Source: a virus
Reading direction: 5' to 3' (one strand)
IMG/VR virus record: IMGVR_UViG_3300042446_001732
Coordinates: 34,314-98,313 of that record
DNA length: 64,000 nucleotides
Below the pieces are notes generated by a model. It saw only the letters and a list, made by a program, of their open reading frames with translations, made no database searches and had not been told where the DNA came from. Below are positions 37,826-47,258 of this stretch, piece by piece. The position numbers and the translations under genes were made by a program. Position 1 is the first letter of the stretch. Each line of letters starts with the position of its first letter.

Positions 37826-38342
37826 AAAACCCCACATAATAGTCATCAAACCCACGCAGATAAATTCTAGTGAATCCGTCAAAGTCCTCTGGAGTCCATA
37901 AACTTTTGTGTATGTCTAACTGATTGCCGTGGCACCACAATTCTGGATTGCTCACGTTTTCGTGATTCTCTGTCCAGATAGACTCAAGTGGTGTCAGCAA
38001 AAATATTTTCTTGGCAACCTGTGTTTTGCACTCTTCGATCAGTCTGAGACCCTGTTGTTTGTCAATGTGCTCGATAAAATCCAACATCAAGATATAATCA
38101 AATTGGTCTGCCACTATGTCTGCCAAGGGTGTGGTTTCAAGATCAGCCACAATGTCAGGCTCGACCCACTCCCAGCCATCCACGGTGACCACACAACTGC
38201 ACTGAAGCTTCAATGGGTCTGAATACATTTTTGGACCACAGCCTAGATCCAGCACTGTGCTGTTGTGCTCAACGGCACCCATCAAGTATCCCACTAGCAA
38301 ATCGTTAGAGAATGCCCGTTTTCCTTTAATCACATGTTTCAA
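37815..38342 (-). CDS. Class I SAM-dependent methyltransferase
   Basis: VLDLGCG, FD.I...DFIEH, H.SLW. Confidence 0.8.
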   Translation of the reverse strand: MKHVIKGKRAFSNDLLVGYLMGAVEHNSTVLDLGCGPKMYSDPLKLQCSCVVTVDGWEWVEPDIVADLETTPLADIVADQFDYILMLDFIEHIDKQQGLRLIEECKTQVAKKIFLLTPLESIWTENHENVSNPELWCHGNQLDIHKSLWTPEDFDGFTRIYLRGFDDYYVGFYEA

Positions 38343-39195
38343 ATTTGTACTCCTTTATCACAGTGGATAGTAAATTGTTGTGTGCATGCACTGTGCTAGC
38401 AGTCAACTCATTCTCAAACTGTTGCGATTGAGGATGCCCGGCAAACCAATGAAATCCCAGTGTCAACTTGTTCTTGATTTTTCCAATAGTACCAGCATCC
38501 ACCGGTTGGTAAAACTGTTCAATAACCTTGCTGGTAATAGAGTACACACAATTGCGATTAACAAATAAAAAATTGTTGTTTGGAAATTGTTCGCCAAGAC
38601 TTTCAAAAGTTTTAAATTCTTGGTTGATCAAGTCACTGCCCATGCATTGATATACATTGGGGTTGTATTGTTTTTTTGCTTGTTGCCCAATGTATTTAAA
38701 AAACTTGTTGTTTGCTGATGACAACAAAAACCCCACTGTGTGTTTGCCCGGCGCTTTCAATGGGCACAACACTGTGTCAATCTCAGCATGTCCAGGCAAG
38801 TTTTCTTTAAGACTGGTCATGGGCCGTGTGTACAAAATGTCAATGTCAGACCATAGGCCACCGTACTGTGCCAGCAGTCGCCATCTCAAAAAGTCACTTT
38901 TGTGAACTTCGTGTGCTTGATTTCTAAACCTATAACGATTGAAATCGTGCAGCACAATCTCTACATCAAGTGCTTGCAGTTGATCAGTGTAGTCAGACAA
39001 AATGTTGATGTCTTTTTGTTGAAACGAATCCCACGCAGGTTTTGCTCTGCTGAGTTTGGCTGGCATATGTACACGAACATCCCAGTCTGGATTGAGTTCC
39101 TTGAATGATTGTACTGACAAAAATCTAAGATAGGATAGCTTTTTACCGCCCCAGTAAAAGTGTGCAATCTTTGGTATGTTTTTTAAATGCCACAT
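38326..39195 (-). CDS. DXD glycosyltransferase (GT32-like)
   Basis: IPKIAHFYW, SDFLR..LL..YGGLWSDID; start moved to ATG 39195. Confidence 0.8.
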   Translation of the reverse strand: MWHLKNIPKIAHFYWGGKKLSYLRFLSVQSFKELNPDWDVRVHMPAKLSRAKPAWDSFQQKDINILSDYTDQLQALDVEIVLHDFNRYRFRNQAHEVHKSDFLRWRLLAQYGGLWSDIDILYTRPMTSLKENLPGHAEIDTVLCPLKAPGKHTVGFLLSSANNKFFKYIGQQAKKQYNPNVYQCMGSDLINQEFKTFESLGEQFPNNNFLFVNRNCVYSITSKVIEQFYQPVDAGTIGKIKNKLTLGFHWFAGHPQSQQFENELTASTVHAHNNLLSTVIKEYKFETCD

Positions 39196-39953
39196 ATGTT
39201 GTTGCCATTGTTGGCTGCTTGAATCTGCAAGTCGTCTTTGACTGTGGCCCACAGTGCTCGGTTGTCTATAGTGACTGGGGGATTATGTGGGTTGTCGTAG
39301 GTCTTGCGATGGTATTGATGCACCACCCAAGGATCAGCCACAAACTGTATTTCCAAAGGCATGGCTCTGATTCGATGTATCAGTTCTACATCGTCCATGT
39401 CTTGTCCTTGTGCAAATCTTTCATCAAACCCATTTAGCTTGATCAAATTGTTTCTGGTGATTGCTGCGGCAAAATGATAGGCATAGGGACGTTCGGTTGT
39501 GTGATTGTACCAACGAGATTTCTTTTCTGTAAACATCGGTAGTGGTTCACCAGAACGCATTACTCGAGTTTCTGCCTTGGTTGCAGCATAGCAGTGAAAA
39601 GAAAGATAGTTGTGGTCAGTCAAATTGTCTAGGGTATATTGCAACACATCGCCCATGTGGCAACATTCAGGATTTTGAATAATCACCATATCACCACAAC
39701 AAGCACGAAGTGCAGTGTTGTAGGGCACACAAGGGTTGCAATAATCTTTTTTGTCCCTGGTGTCAGACATTCGAATCACCCGGATGTCAAGGTGCGGAAA
39801 CTCTGACTGTATGCGATCTAGTCGTTCACCGGGGTCGCAGAAATCCTCGGCAATTACAATTTCTAAATCTTTGACTTGACTTTGACCGATGGTTTTGAGA
39901 GTGTATCTCAATTGATCCAATCTATTGAAATAGCTCATCACAATTGAAATCAT
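39183..39953 (-). CDS. GT2-family glycosyltransferase
   Basis: ISIVMSYFNR, GFDERF..G..DD.E, HQYH. Confidence 0.85.
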   Translation of the reverse strand: MISIVMSYFNRLDQLRYTLKTIGQSQVKDLEIVIAEDFCDPGERLDRIQSEFPHLDIRVIRMSDTRDKKDYCNPCVPYNTALRACCGDMVIIQNPECCHMGDVLQYTLDNLTDHNYLSFHCYAATKAETRVMRSGEPLPMFTEKKSRWYNHTTERPYAYHFAAAITRNNLIKLNGFDERFAQGQDMDDVELIHRIRAMPLEIQFVADPWVVHQYHRKTYDNPHNPPVTIDNRALWATVKDDLQIQAANNGNNICGI

Positions 39954-40735
39954 TGATACTTCCTTTGTTCATTTATGAATATGTCCAGCTCTTTGCGTTT
40001 GCCTTTGGCGCTCCAGATAGCACTTTCTGGTCGCATGGCCCAGTCAATGTAGCTCATGGGCAGGAGTCCTTTGCGATACAGCGGAACCAAGCGGTCCAGG
40101 ATCACTTGATCCAAAAACCAGTAAAGATCATTCTTTTCTATGCTGGATTTCAGATCGCCTGCATAGTGCTGCAAGAAATCGTGACTGCGAGGACGTCCAT
40201 TGAACAACACAGCACCAGCTAGGTGTGTGCCATCCTTGGGTTTTTCGTACAAATAAAAGTCTGACGATCCCAGGTCATGTCCAAAAGGACCACGTACCAA
40301 GCCGTCCACATCAATGGCCAAACAGCGCTGACCTAACTGTAACACTTGAGCCAGGCGCACAAATCTAGCACAGGCATAATAGGTCTGCCTGATCAACTTT
40401 TCCGCTTCAACCGGGCCACCAACTCGTGCCTTTTTGCTCATTTGTTGCTGTCGGGGATTTTCAAACACAGTGCGGTCGATCCAGTAGCGAGCAATTTCTG
40501 CCCAGTTGACCTGGTCCAAGTGCTCATATGTACAGCTTACACCAGCTTGATTGCAAAAATCAATTTGATCTGGCCTGGGATTGTAGATGTGAATGTGAAC
40601 TCCGTAGTCAGGAGTGTTGGCTCGCACACTGCGGATCAAGGGCCGAGCATGAACGTCAAAATAAACAGGATCAGCGGCAGCGTACAAAAAGAATTTGTCC
40701 TGGGCCAGCTTTCCTTCAAGTGGTGGCATTAGCAT
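39950..40735 (-). CDS. GT-A glycosyltransferase-like protein
   Basis: YYACARF, IDVD, WFLDQ, IWSAKGKRK. Confidence 0.65.
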   Translation of the reverse strand: MLMPPLEGKLAQDKFFLYAAADPVYFDVHARPLIRSVRANTPDYGVHIHIYNPRPDQIDFCNQAGVSCTYEHLDQVNWAEIARYWIDRTVFENPRQQQMSKKARVGGPVEAEKLIRQTYYACARFVRLAQVLQLGQRCLAIDVDGLVRGPFGHDLGSSDFYLYEKPKDGTHLAGAVLFNGRPRSHDFLQHYAGDLKSSIEKNDLYWFLDQVILDRLVPLYRKGLLPMSYIDWAMRPESAIWSAKGKRKELDIFINEQRKYQ

Positions 40736-40737
40736 AT

Positions 40738-40747
40738 TAAATATTTA
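40738..40747. promoter_or_regulatory. Overlapping divergent late promoters (TAAATATTTA palindrome)
   Basis: TAAATA on both strands, 6-7 nt from each start codon, in a 15-nt intergenic gap. Confidence 0.6.
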
Positions 40748-40750
40748 ACT

Positions 40751-41593
40751 GTGATCAAAACCCTAGCTTATTTTCCCCTGCAGGTTGCGCTGAATGGCAA
40801 TGCCCCTTTTAATGCACTCTTGGACTCTGCTCAAGCAGCAGGTATACAAACACAAGAAAACTCCCTTACAGCAGACGCCGCAGTGATATGGAGTGTGCTG
40901 TGGCATGGTCGCCTCAAAACAAATCAAGCAGTATACGAACACTATAGACAGCAAAACAAACCAGTGATCATCATTGAAGTGGGCGCACTGTACCGTGGAC
41001 AAACTTGGAAAGTGTGTGTAAATAATGTCACTGCTGAAGGCTACTACGGGCACCAAGAGCAACTGGATTGGGATAGGCCTAGAACACTAAAAATCAGCCA
41101 GGCACAACAAACACAATCAACCCCTCACGTGATAATTGCATTGCAGCATGCTCACAGTTTACAGGTGGCCGGCGTCCCTGACATGACACAATGGGTTCAA
41201 GAAACTGTTAACACACTCAGAACAGTTACTGATCGTCCCATAGTGGTACGTCCACACCCCAGAAGCCGTTGTGCATTGCCCCCGGGTGTAACTGTGGAAC
41301 AGCCACAAAAGCTGGCAGGAACCTATGACAGCTACAACATGCATTTTGATTGTCATGCTGTGGTCAACTACAACTCAGGTCCAGGCATTCAAGCAGCCAT
41401 AGCAGGCGTGCGGCCCTTGGTTGATGCTTCCAGTTTGGCTGCACCTGTTGGTGTTGACTGGGCCAATATTGAAAAACCCTACACTGTTGACAGAGATCTG
41501 TGGCTCACGCAAATATGCCACACTGAATACACTGTAGAAGAAATACATCGAGGCCTATGGCTAAAACGAATAGAATCAGCACTGACGGCATAA
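40751..41593 (+). CDS. Capsule-polysaccharide (KpsS/KpsC-like) GT-B protein
   Basis: IEVG, IALQ, VRPHP, NYNSGPGIQA..AG. Confidence 0.55.
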   Translation: MIKTLAYFPLQVALNGNAPFNALLDSAQAAGIQTQENSLTADAAVIWSVLWHGRLKTNQAVYEHYRQQNKPVIIIEVGALYRGQTWKVCVNNVTAEGYYGHQEQLDWDRPRTLKISQAQQTQSTPHVIIALQHAHSLQVAGVPDMTQWVQETVNTLRTVTDRPIVVRPHPRSRCALPPGVTVEQPQKLAGTYDSYNMHFDCHAVVNYNSGPGIQAAIAGVRPLVDASSLAAPVGVDWANIEKPYTVDRDLWLTQICHTEYTVEEIHRGLWLKRIESALTA

Positions 41594-42294
41594 CTGACTG
41601 TGCTTGTGTGATACACAGCACCGGTTATGACTGGCAATATGTGGAAAAACTACACAGCATGTTGACCAGGCTCTTGCCTGGCGGCATACGCATGCATGTG
41701 TACACCGAAGCTGACAGACCTGTGCCTGAACACATGATAAAACATGTGCTGACAGAATGGCCGGGCATTGCTGGTCCCAAACGAAGTTGGTGGTACAAAA
41801 TGCAGTTGTTTAATCCTGCACTATTCCAAGGCAACATGTTGTATTTTGACCTGGATTGTGTCGTTGTCAATGATCTCACCTGGATCACACAATTAGATCC
41901 CTCATTGTTTTGGGGAATTAAAGATTTCAAATACCTTCAACAGCCTGTGAGCATAATCAATTCCAGTGTGATGTGGTTCAATACCAACAAGTTTGCCTGG
42001 TTGTGGCAAAGGTTCTCTGACCAAGGCATAGATGTTGCTCGGCAAGGATGCCAGGGCGACCAAGACTATATAACCAAAAACATAGATCCAAGTCAGCGGC
42101 GCTTTTTTGACACCAAGTATTTTCAAAGCTATCGTTGGCAATGCCTGGATGGCGGATACGATTTCAAATATCGTAGATATCACAAGCCAGGCACCGGGGT
42201 CACAATCGCCCCTGACACTGCTGTGGTTGTGTTCCACGGCAGTCCCAATCCACATCAAGTCACAGACCCCACAATAGTTGCACTTTGGCACTAG
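41557..42294 (+). CDS. GT-A glycosyltransferase (GT8-like)
   Basis: WWYKMQLF, YFDLD, NSSVM, GDQ, FHG.P.P. Confidence 0.75.
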   Translation: MAKTNRISTDGITDCACVIHSTGYDWQYVEKLHSMLTRLLPGGIRMHVYTEADRPVPEHMIKHVLTEWPGIAGPKRSWWYKMQLFNPALFQGNMLYFDLDCVVVNDLTWITQLDPSLFWGIKDFKYLQQPVSIINSSVMWFNTNKFAWLWQRFSDQGIDVARQGCQGDQDYITKNIDPSQRRFFDTKYFQSYRWQCLDGGYDFKYRRYHKPGTGVTIAPDTAVVVFHGSPNPHQVTDPTIVALWH

Positions 42295-42350
42295 GTTGAC
42301 CATTATTTCCCATTCTGCTACAATACACACATAGACAGCAAGGAGTAGGA

Positions 42351-42596
42351 ATGATAGACCAAGCACACCAGGTAGAGCACAACGGTCGTTCATACACCGT
42401 CACACACGGTTGCCCATTTGATCGCGGCTCAGCAGACAGCTACTACGGTCGCATCCGCAACCCACATAAAGGTGGTGTAGGCGGCGATAGCGGTCCTCGT
42501 GTTGAAAGCAACGAAATGAGCTTGCAAGAGGTCGCAGACTACGGCGCAGGCTACAATTACAACGAATCTACTGGCGAGAAAAAAAGCTGGGATTGA
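42351..42596 (+). CDS. Small early hypothetical protein
   Basis: Own promoter and RBS; 'HG.PFDRGSADSYYGR' motif. Confidence 0.8.
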   Translation: MIDQAHQVEHNGRSYTVTHGCPFDRGSADSYYGRIRNPHKGGVGGDSGPRVESNEMSLQEVADYGAGYNYNESTGEKKSWD

Positions 42597-42651
42597 CCAT
42601 TAATTCCCATTCTGTTATAATTAACACTTAAACAGCAACAAGGAGTCTAGC

Positions 42652-42873
42652 ATGGGCTACAAGGTATTGGCAGACAAGACAGAAATGGATCAGATGCGCA
42701 CCCGGTACAGCCCACGCAAAGGACTGGAAGGTCCATTCAACTTCTCCGGCCGAGTGTTGTATTATGACAACAAAGAAGGCCAATACTACGATCCCGCTAC
42801 AGACTTCTATGTGGAGCAGGCGGAAATGGATCTGATCCATGCACAATTAATGACTGTTTTGAGCAAGGTGTAA
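42652..42873 (+). CDS. Small early hypothetical protein
   Basis: Own promoter and RBS; 'GLEGPF..GRVLYYD.KEGQYYDP.TD'. Confidence 0.8.
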   Translation: MGYKVLADKTEMDQMRTRYSPRKGLEGPFNFSGRVLYYDNKEGQYYDPATDFYVEQAEMDLIHAQLMTVLSKV

Positions 42874-42969
42874 TACTTTTGTGTTGCAAAAAAAGCAACA
42901 CCCAAACGGTTGACCAATAATCACCAAAATGCTATAATATACACATAGACAGCAAAAAGGAGCCAGCAA

Positions 42970-43212
42970 ATGATCAAGCAATTTGTCCAAGTTAGTGCCC
43001 ACAGAGACAGCGGCAATTTTGCACATTGTAGCAATCTGAGTCTGATGGCTGATCGCGATATGAGCGCCACACAGGCTCTGCACTACCTGCAGGTCATGGC
43101 CGATGACTATGCCCAGCGTGGATACCGTGTTGAGTGGATTCGTGAGGACTGGGATGCGGCCTACGAAGAAATGTACGGCGACCTGTTTGAGTCCCGTGCC
43201 GTGTCAAACTGA
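42970..43212 (+). CDS. Small early hypothetical protein
   Basis: Own promoter and AGGAG RBS. Confidence 0.75.
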   Translation: MIKQFVQVSAHRDSGNFAHCSNLSLMADRDMSATQALHYLQVMADDYAQRGYRVEWIREDWDAAYEEMYGDLFESRAVSN

Positions 43213-43227
43213 AACAGGAGTTGAAGA

Positions 43228-43434
43228 ATGATGTACAACTTGATTCTAGTGCTGGCCACTGGTGTTACCACTGTTGGCAACTATGCAGACCTCACAGCAT
43301 GCCAAGCAGAGCTGGCACAATTTCACAAGCAAAATATCACAGCGGCCTGCGTACAGCAACCCAGTGCCGAACAAAGTATGGCACAAGCACAGGCCATGCT
43401 GAAGAATTTCATGAAAATCATGGAAGAAAAATAA
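43228..43434 (+). CDS. Small early hypothetical protein with hydrophobic N-terminus
   Basis: AGGAG RBS upstream. Confidence 0.65.
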   Translation: MMYNLILVLATGVTTVGNYADLTACQAELAQFHKQNITAACVQQPSAEQSMAQAQAMLKNFMKIMEEK

Positions 43435-43516
43435 CAATATGTGCAGCCAGAGTCTGGTTGACCATTAATTGCAATTCTGCTATAATTAATACTTAAACAG
43501 CAAACAGGAGCTTAAT

Positions 43517-43630
43517 ATGATGGTTCAGGACAGAAAGACAGGCGTGTGGTACGACCCAGATCTCAAGTTTCAAGAACTGCTCCGCCAGCAATGGTTCATC
43601 CTTGTCATGCAACGCATGGCCAACAAATAA
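43517..43630 (+). CDS. 37-aa early peptide (MMVQDRKTGVWYDP...RMANK)
   Basis: Below the ORF-track cutoff; has its own promoter and AGGAG RBS. Confidence 0.65.
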   Translation: MMVQDRKTGVWYDPDLKFQELLRQQWFILVMQRMANK

Positions 43631-43700
43631 TAAGATTTGACCAATAATTGCAATTCTGCTATAATTAATACTTAAACAACGCACACCAAAGGAGCCAACC

Positions 43701-44723
43701 ATGAGTGCAATTCGTATCGTTCGCGGAGAGTATCGTAAACGTCCCGTAGCTGACCAAGTGTTTAGTCTTGTGTCGGGTTTTCAGACCGGCGCCAAAGGCA
43801 ACTTTGTGACTGTTAAAAATGACGGCAATTTTCCCAATTGCCCAGATACAATCCGTATCCGTGTTGACAACATTTCTGATATTGAGTATACTAACGGCAT
43901 GACAGACACAACTACCAACGCTGCCAAGGCAGTGGCTGCACCAGCAGAAACAGAAGAACAAGCCATTGAACGCATTCGTGAGCGATTTGACATCCTGCAT
44001 GAAATGACCAAGGCAGCAGTCACAGGCGACATTCGTGCCATGATTGTATCGGGCCCCCCAGGCGTGGGCAAGAGCTTTGGCGTGGAGCAAGAGATTGAAA
44101 AAGCCACCATGTTTGACAAGCTGGCAGGCAAGCGTCTTCGTGCAGAAGTTGTGAAAGGTGCCGCTACTCCCATTGGCCTGTATCAGACTCTGTACAAGTA
44201 TTCGGACGAAAATTGCGTGGTTGTGTTTGACGACTGCGACAGTATCTTGCTGGATGACGTGAGCTTGAACTTGCTGAAGGGTGCATTAGACTCAGGCAAG
44301 AAGCGTAAAATTTCATGGTTGAGTGAAAGCAGCAGCCTGCGCCGCGAAGGTATTCCAGACAGTTTTGAATTCAAAGGCAGTGCCATCTTTATCACCAACT
44401 TGAAGTTTGACAAAATGAAATCGCAGAAACTGCGGGACCATTTGGATGCACTGCAAAGTCGCTGCCATTACTTGGACTTGACTCTGGACACCATGCATGA
44501 CAAGATCCTGCGTATCAAGCAAATCGCCAAGGACGGTGTATTGTTTGCAGACTACGACTTTGAGCCCGAAATTCAGGACGAGATCATTGCGTTCATGGAC
44601 GCTAACCAGAATCGTTTGCGTGAAATGAGTCTGCGTATGGCAATCAAGATTGCAGACCTGCGCAGGATGAGCATGCTGAACTGGAAGCGGTTGGCAGAAA
44701 CAACTTGCATGAAGGTGGCTTAA
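43701..44723 (+). CDS. AAA+/P-loop ATPase of unknown function
   Basis: GPPGVGKS Walker A, VVVFDDCD Walker B, FITN, ALQSR. Confidence 0.85.
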   Translation: MSAIRIVRGEYRKRPVADQVFSLVSGFQTGAKGNFVTVKNDGNFPNCPDTIRIRVDNISDIEYTNGMTDTTTNAAKAVAAPAETEEQAIERIRERFDILHEMTKAAVTGDIRAMIVSGPPGVGKSFGVEQEIEKATMFDKLAGKRLRAEVVKGAATPIGLYQTLYKYSDENCVVVFDDCDSILLDDVSLNLLKGALDSGKKRKISWLSESSSLRREGIPDSFEFKGSAIFITNLKFDKMKSQKLRDHLDALQSRCHYLDLTLDTMHDKILRIKQIAKDGVLFADYDFEPEIQDEIIAFMDANQNRLREMSLRMAIKIADLRRMSMLNWKRLAETTCMKVA

Positions 44724-44724
44724 T

Positions 44725-44832
44725 ATGTATGAAATTTGGGATGGTGATTTGTTCCTTTACGCTGTGGATACACTATACGAAGCAGACGAACAGCGTGAAG
44801 CAGGCTTTACTGTGAAAGAAATCAACAAATAA
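44725..44832 (+). CDS. 35-aa hypothetical peptide (MYEIWDGDLF...)
   Basis: Starts 1 nt after the ATPase stop and ends just before terminators. Confidence 0.5.
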   Translation: MYEIWDGDLFLYAVDTLYEADEQREAGFTVKEINK

Positions 44833-44833
44833 T

Positions 44834-44900
44834 CCTGGGTGCTGGTTGGCTCCGGCCCAGGTTTTTGACAGGTGCCCTTAAAACGGCACCTGTTTTTTTT
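44834..44900 (+). terminator. Tandem intrinsic terminators
   Basis: CCTGGG...CCCAGG + T5, then ACAGGTGCC...GGCACCTGT + T-run. Confidence 0.8.
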
Positions 44901-44917
44901 GACACAATAAGTACACA

Positions 44918-45709
44918 GTGCAAATAGTTTTTTCAAACAATACCACTGTTGATTTAATCCTGCAGTCAACGCCACTGACCACAGTGTATCAAAAAATATA
45001 CAAACATCTTGGTCATGTGACAGTGCCATTTCGTGACTGGGATCACCCTTTTTATTGCAATACTCTGGCAGAGCTGGTTGAACAGTTGATTTTGCATGCA
45101 AACAAAGTATCGGTCACAGTGTGTCGTGAGTCTTGCTTGAATCAAGATCAAAATTATTTGAATCGTATTCACAAAATCTACGAAGACAATTACAATGGAG
45201 ATCCTGCTTGGTTGAATTTCCACGAGCATATTCACATGTGTGAACACTGGCCTGTGCAACAACCAACACTGACCATTGACTATAGAGAAAAAGCTGGTCT
45301 GCTAGAACGACCATTTGACCTGAACTGGTTGGAAAATGCCACTACCAAAATCAAAGCAGGTGATGTGTATGTGGAATGGGCAGAATTAGGAAAAACGCCA
45401 TATGGTTATTGGCAAAACAATGAGCCAGACAACACGACTCGCATGTGCGAGTTGGCCAAACCTTGGTTGGTGCTTAGACCCAAAATTGTTGTGGCGCTTG
45501 CAGATATCGATACATTGCACAATGTTGATATTCCAAAATTTGAATCTTGGTGGCAACAACACAGTGAGGAATGGTGCCAGCACTGGAACATTTCATCTTG
45601 GTCCATTACTGATATGTGTTCAGTGGTGCGGCTGGGGCAAGTGCCTGAATTTGAAAATATAATTGAACAATTGAAAAACAACAATACACCAACAAAGATA
45701 TTGTTATGA
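44918..45709 (+). CDS. Hypothetical protein
   Basis: 263-aa ORF; TAAGTA 4 nt before GTG; 'HEHIH.CE' motif. Confidence 0.7.
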   Translation: MQIVFSNNTTVDLILQSTPLTTVYQKIYKHLGHVTVPFRDWDHPFYCNTLAELVEQLILHANKVSVTVCRESCLNQDQNYLNRIHKIYEDNYNGDPAWLNFHEHIHMCEHWPVQQPTLTIDYREKAGLLERPFDLNWLENATTKIKAGDVYVEWAELGKTPYGYWQNNEPDNTTRMCELAKPWLVLRPKIVVALADIDTLHNVDIPKFESWWQQHSEEWCQHWNISSWSITDMCSVVRLGQVPEFENIIEQLKNNNTPTKILL

Positions 45710-45752
45710 CAGTGCAATTTGTTCATTTAGCAATCTCAACTTTGAAATCTGG

Positions 45753-45781
45753 TTGTAAACCTCTAGCAAATGTTGTATAAT
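45753..45781 (+). promoter_or_regulatory. sigma70-type promoter of uvsW
   Basis: TTGTAA-17-TATAAT; ATG follows after 7 nt. Confidence 0.6.
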
Positions 45782-45788
45782 AAACACA

Positions 45789-47258
45789 ATGAAACAAGCA
45801 ACAATAATCATTCGAGACGAAGTCAATATCAAGATTGAGGGCCTGGACATTGACTGTAGGAAAAAACTAGTCAATACATTCAAATATGAAATTCCAGGCG
45901 CAAGATATCAGCCCGCAGTGAGACTGGGACGCTGGGATGGCAAGGTGGCTTATTTTCAACTGGGTGGATCCAGTTATATCAATTTACTGCCTGAGATCGT
46001 TCCCATTCTAGAACAATACGATTATGATATTGAGTTGGATGATCAGCGTGATTATTCCACTGTGTTTGATTTTGTGCAGGTCACAGAGGATTCATTTGCA
46101 CACAAGACTTGGCCTGCTGGGCATCCTGCTGTGGGACAGCCTATAATGCTGCGTGACTATCAAGTGGAGATTGTGAACAACTACCTGCAGAATCCGCAGT
46201 GCATACAAGAAGTGGCCACAGGCGCAGGCAAAACACTCATGACTGCTGCTTTGAGCCGGAGTGTGGAAGCATATGGTCGCAGTATCATTATTGTGCCCAA
46301 CAAGAGCTTGGTAACACAAACAGAAAAAGACTATGTTAATCTTGGCCTGGATGTGGGTGTGTATTTTGGTGATCAAAAAGACTATGACCGAACACACACC
46401 ATATGCACATGGCAAAGTCTAAACAACATGATGAAGAAGACCAAGTCGGGTGAAGCTGAAGTGGACATTCAGGACTTTATTGAAGGTGTGATCTGCGTGA
46501 TTGTGGACGAAGTACACATGGCCAAGGCAGATGCCTTAAAGACCTTGCTTACAGGGGTCATGGCTAGAGTGCCAATTCGGTGGGGTTTGACGGGAACTGT
46601 GCCCAAAGAAAAGTTTGAAAGCCAAAGTTTGTTAGTGAGTCTGGGGCCTGTTATCAGCAAGCTCAGTGCCAGCGAACTGCAAGATCGTGGCGTGCTGGCA
46701 CAGTGTCATGTGAACATTGTGCAACTGATAGACCATGTGGAGTACGCTGAATATCAAAGTGAGCTAAAGTACTTGCTGGAAGAAAAAGGCCGCCTGGATG
46801 CCATGGCCGGATTGATCCTGCAGATAAACGAAACAGGCAACACCTTGGTCTTGGTAGATCGTGTAGCAGCAGGCACTGAGCTGGTGTCAAGACTGGGAGA
46901 CAAAGCAGTGTTTGTGTCAGGCGCAACCAAGTCTAAAACACGTCAAGATGAATATGACATGGTAGCAGACTCTGTAGACAAGATCATTGTGGCCACGTAT
47001 GGTGTGGCTGCTGTGGGCATCAACATACCTCGAATCTTTAATCTTGTGCTGATTGAACCAGGCAAATCATTTGTTAGAGTTATACAGTCAATTGGTCGTG
47101 GTATTAGAAAAGCCGAAGACAAAGACCATGTGCAGATCTGGGACATAACCAGCACATGCAAATTTGCCAAGCGTCACTTGACCAAGCGCAAACAGTTCTA
47201 CAAGGAAGCCAACTATCCGTTCACAGCAGAGAAACTAGACTGGATGAAGATAGCATAA
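45789..47258 (+). CDS. uvsW: SF2 DNA helicase UvsW
   Basis: WDGK, RDYQ, ATGAGKT, DEVH, GLTGT, QSIGRG.R. Confidence 0.92.
   Translation: MKQATIIIRDEVNIKIEGLDIDCRKKLVNTFKYEIPGARYQPAVRLGRWDGKVAYFQLGGSSYINLLPEIVPILEQYDYDIELDDQRDYSTVFDFVQVTEDSFAHKTWPAGHPAVGQPIMLRDYQVEIVNNYLQNPQCIQEVATGAGKTLMTAALSRSVEAYGRSIIIVPNKSLVTQTEKDYVNLGLDVGVYFGDQKDYDRTHTICTWQSLNNMMKKTKSGEAEVDIQDFIEGVICVIVDEVHMAKADALKTLLTGVMARVPIRWGLTGTVPKEKFESQSLLVSLGPVISKLSASELQDRGVLAQCHVNIVQLIDHVEYAEYQSELKYLLEEKGRLDAMAGLILQINETGNTLVLVDRVAAGTELVSRLGDKAVFVSGATKSKTRQDEYDMVADSVDKIIVATYGVAAVGINIPRIFNLVLIEPGKSFVRVIQSIGRGIRKAEDKDHVQIWDITSTCKFAKRHLTKRKQFYKEANYPFTAEKLDWMKIA

Larger units (their letters stand above)
42296..43700 (+). repeat. Five repeated early promoter-RBS cassettes
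   Basis: TTGACC-17-TA(T/C)AAT...(A)CAGCA...AGGAG units with -35 boxes at 42296, 42593, 42910, 43458 and 43637. Confidence 0.85.

Noticed and set aside
30919-42294. Host O-antigen/capsule island or assembly chimera
   Set aside because: The block is tightly coupled to phage genes on both sides, uses the same TAAATA motif, and lacks wzx/wzy/kps export genes.
42296-43700. Repeats separated by unique sequence, as a possible CRISPR array
   Set aside because: The repeats are degenerate promoter/RBS units, the spacers are 120-500-nt ORFs, and no cas genes are present.
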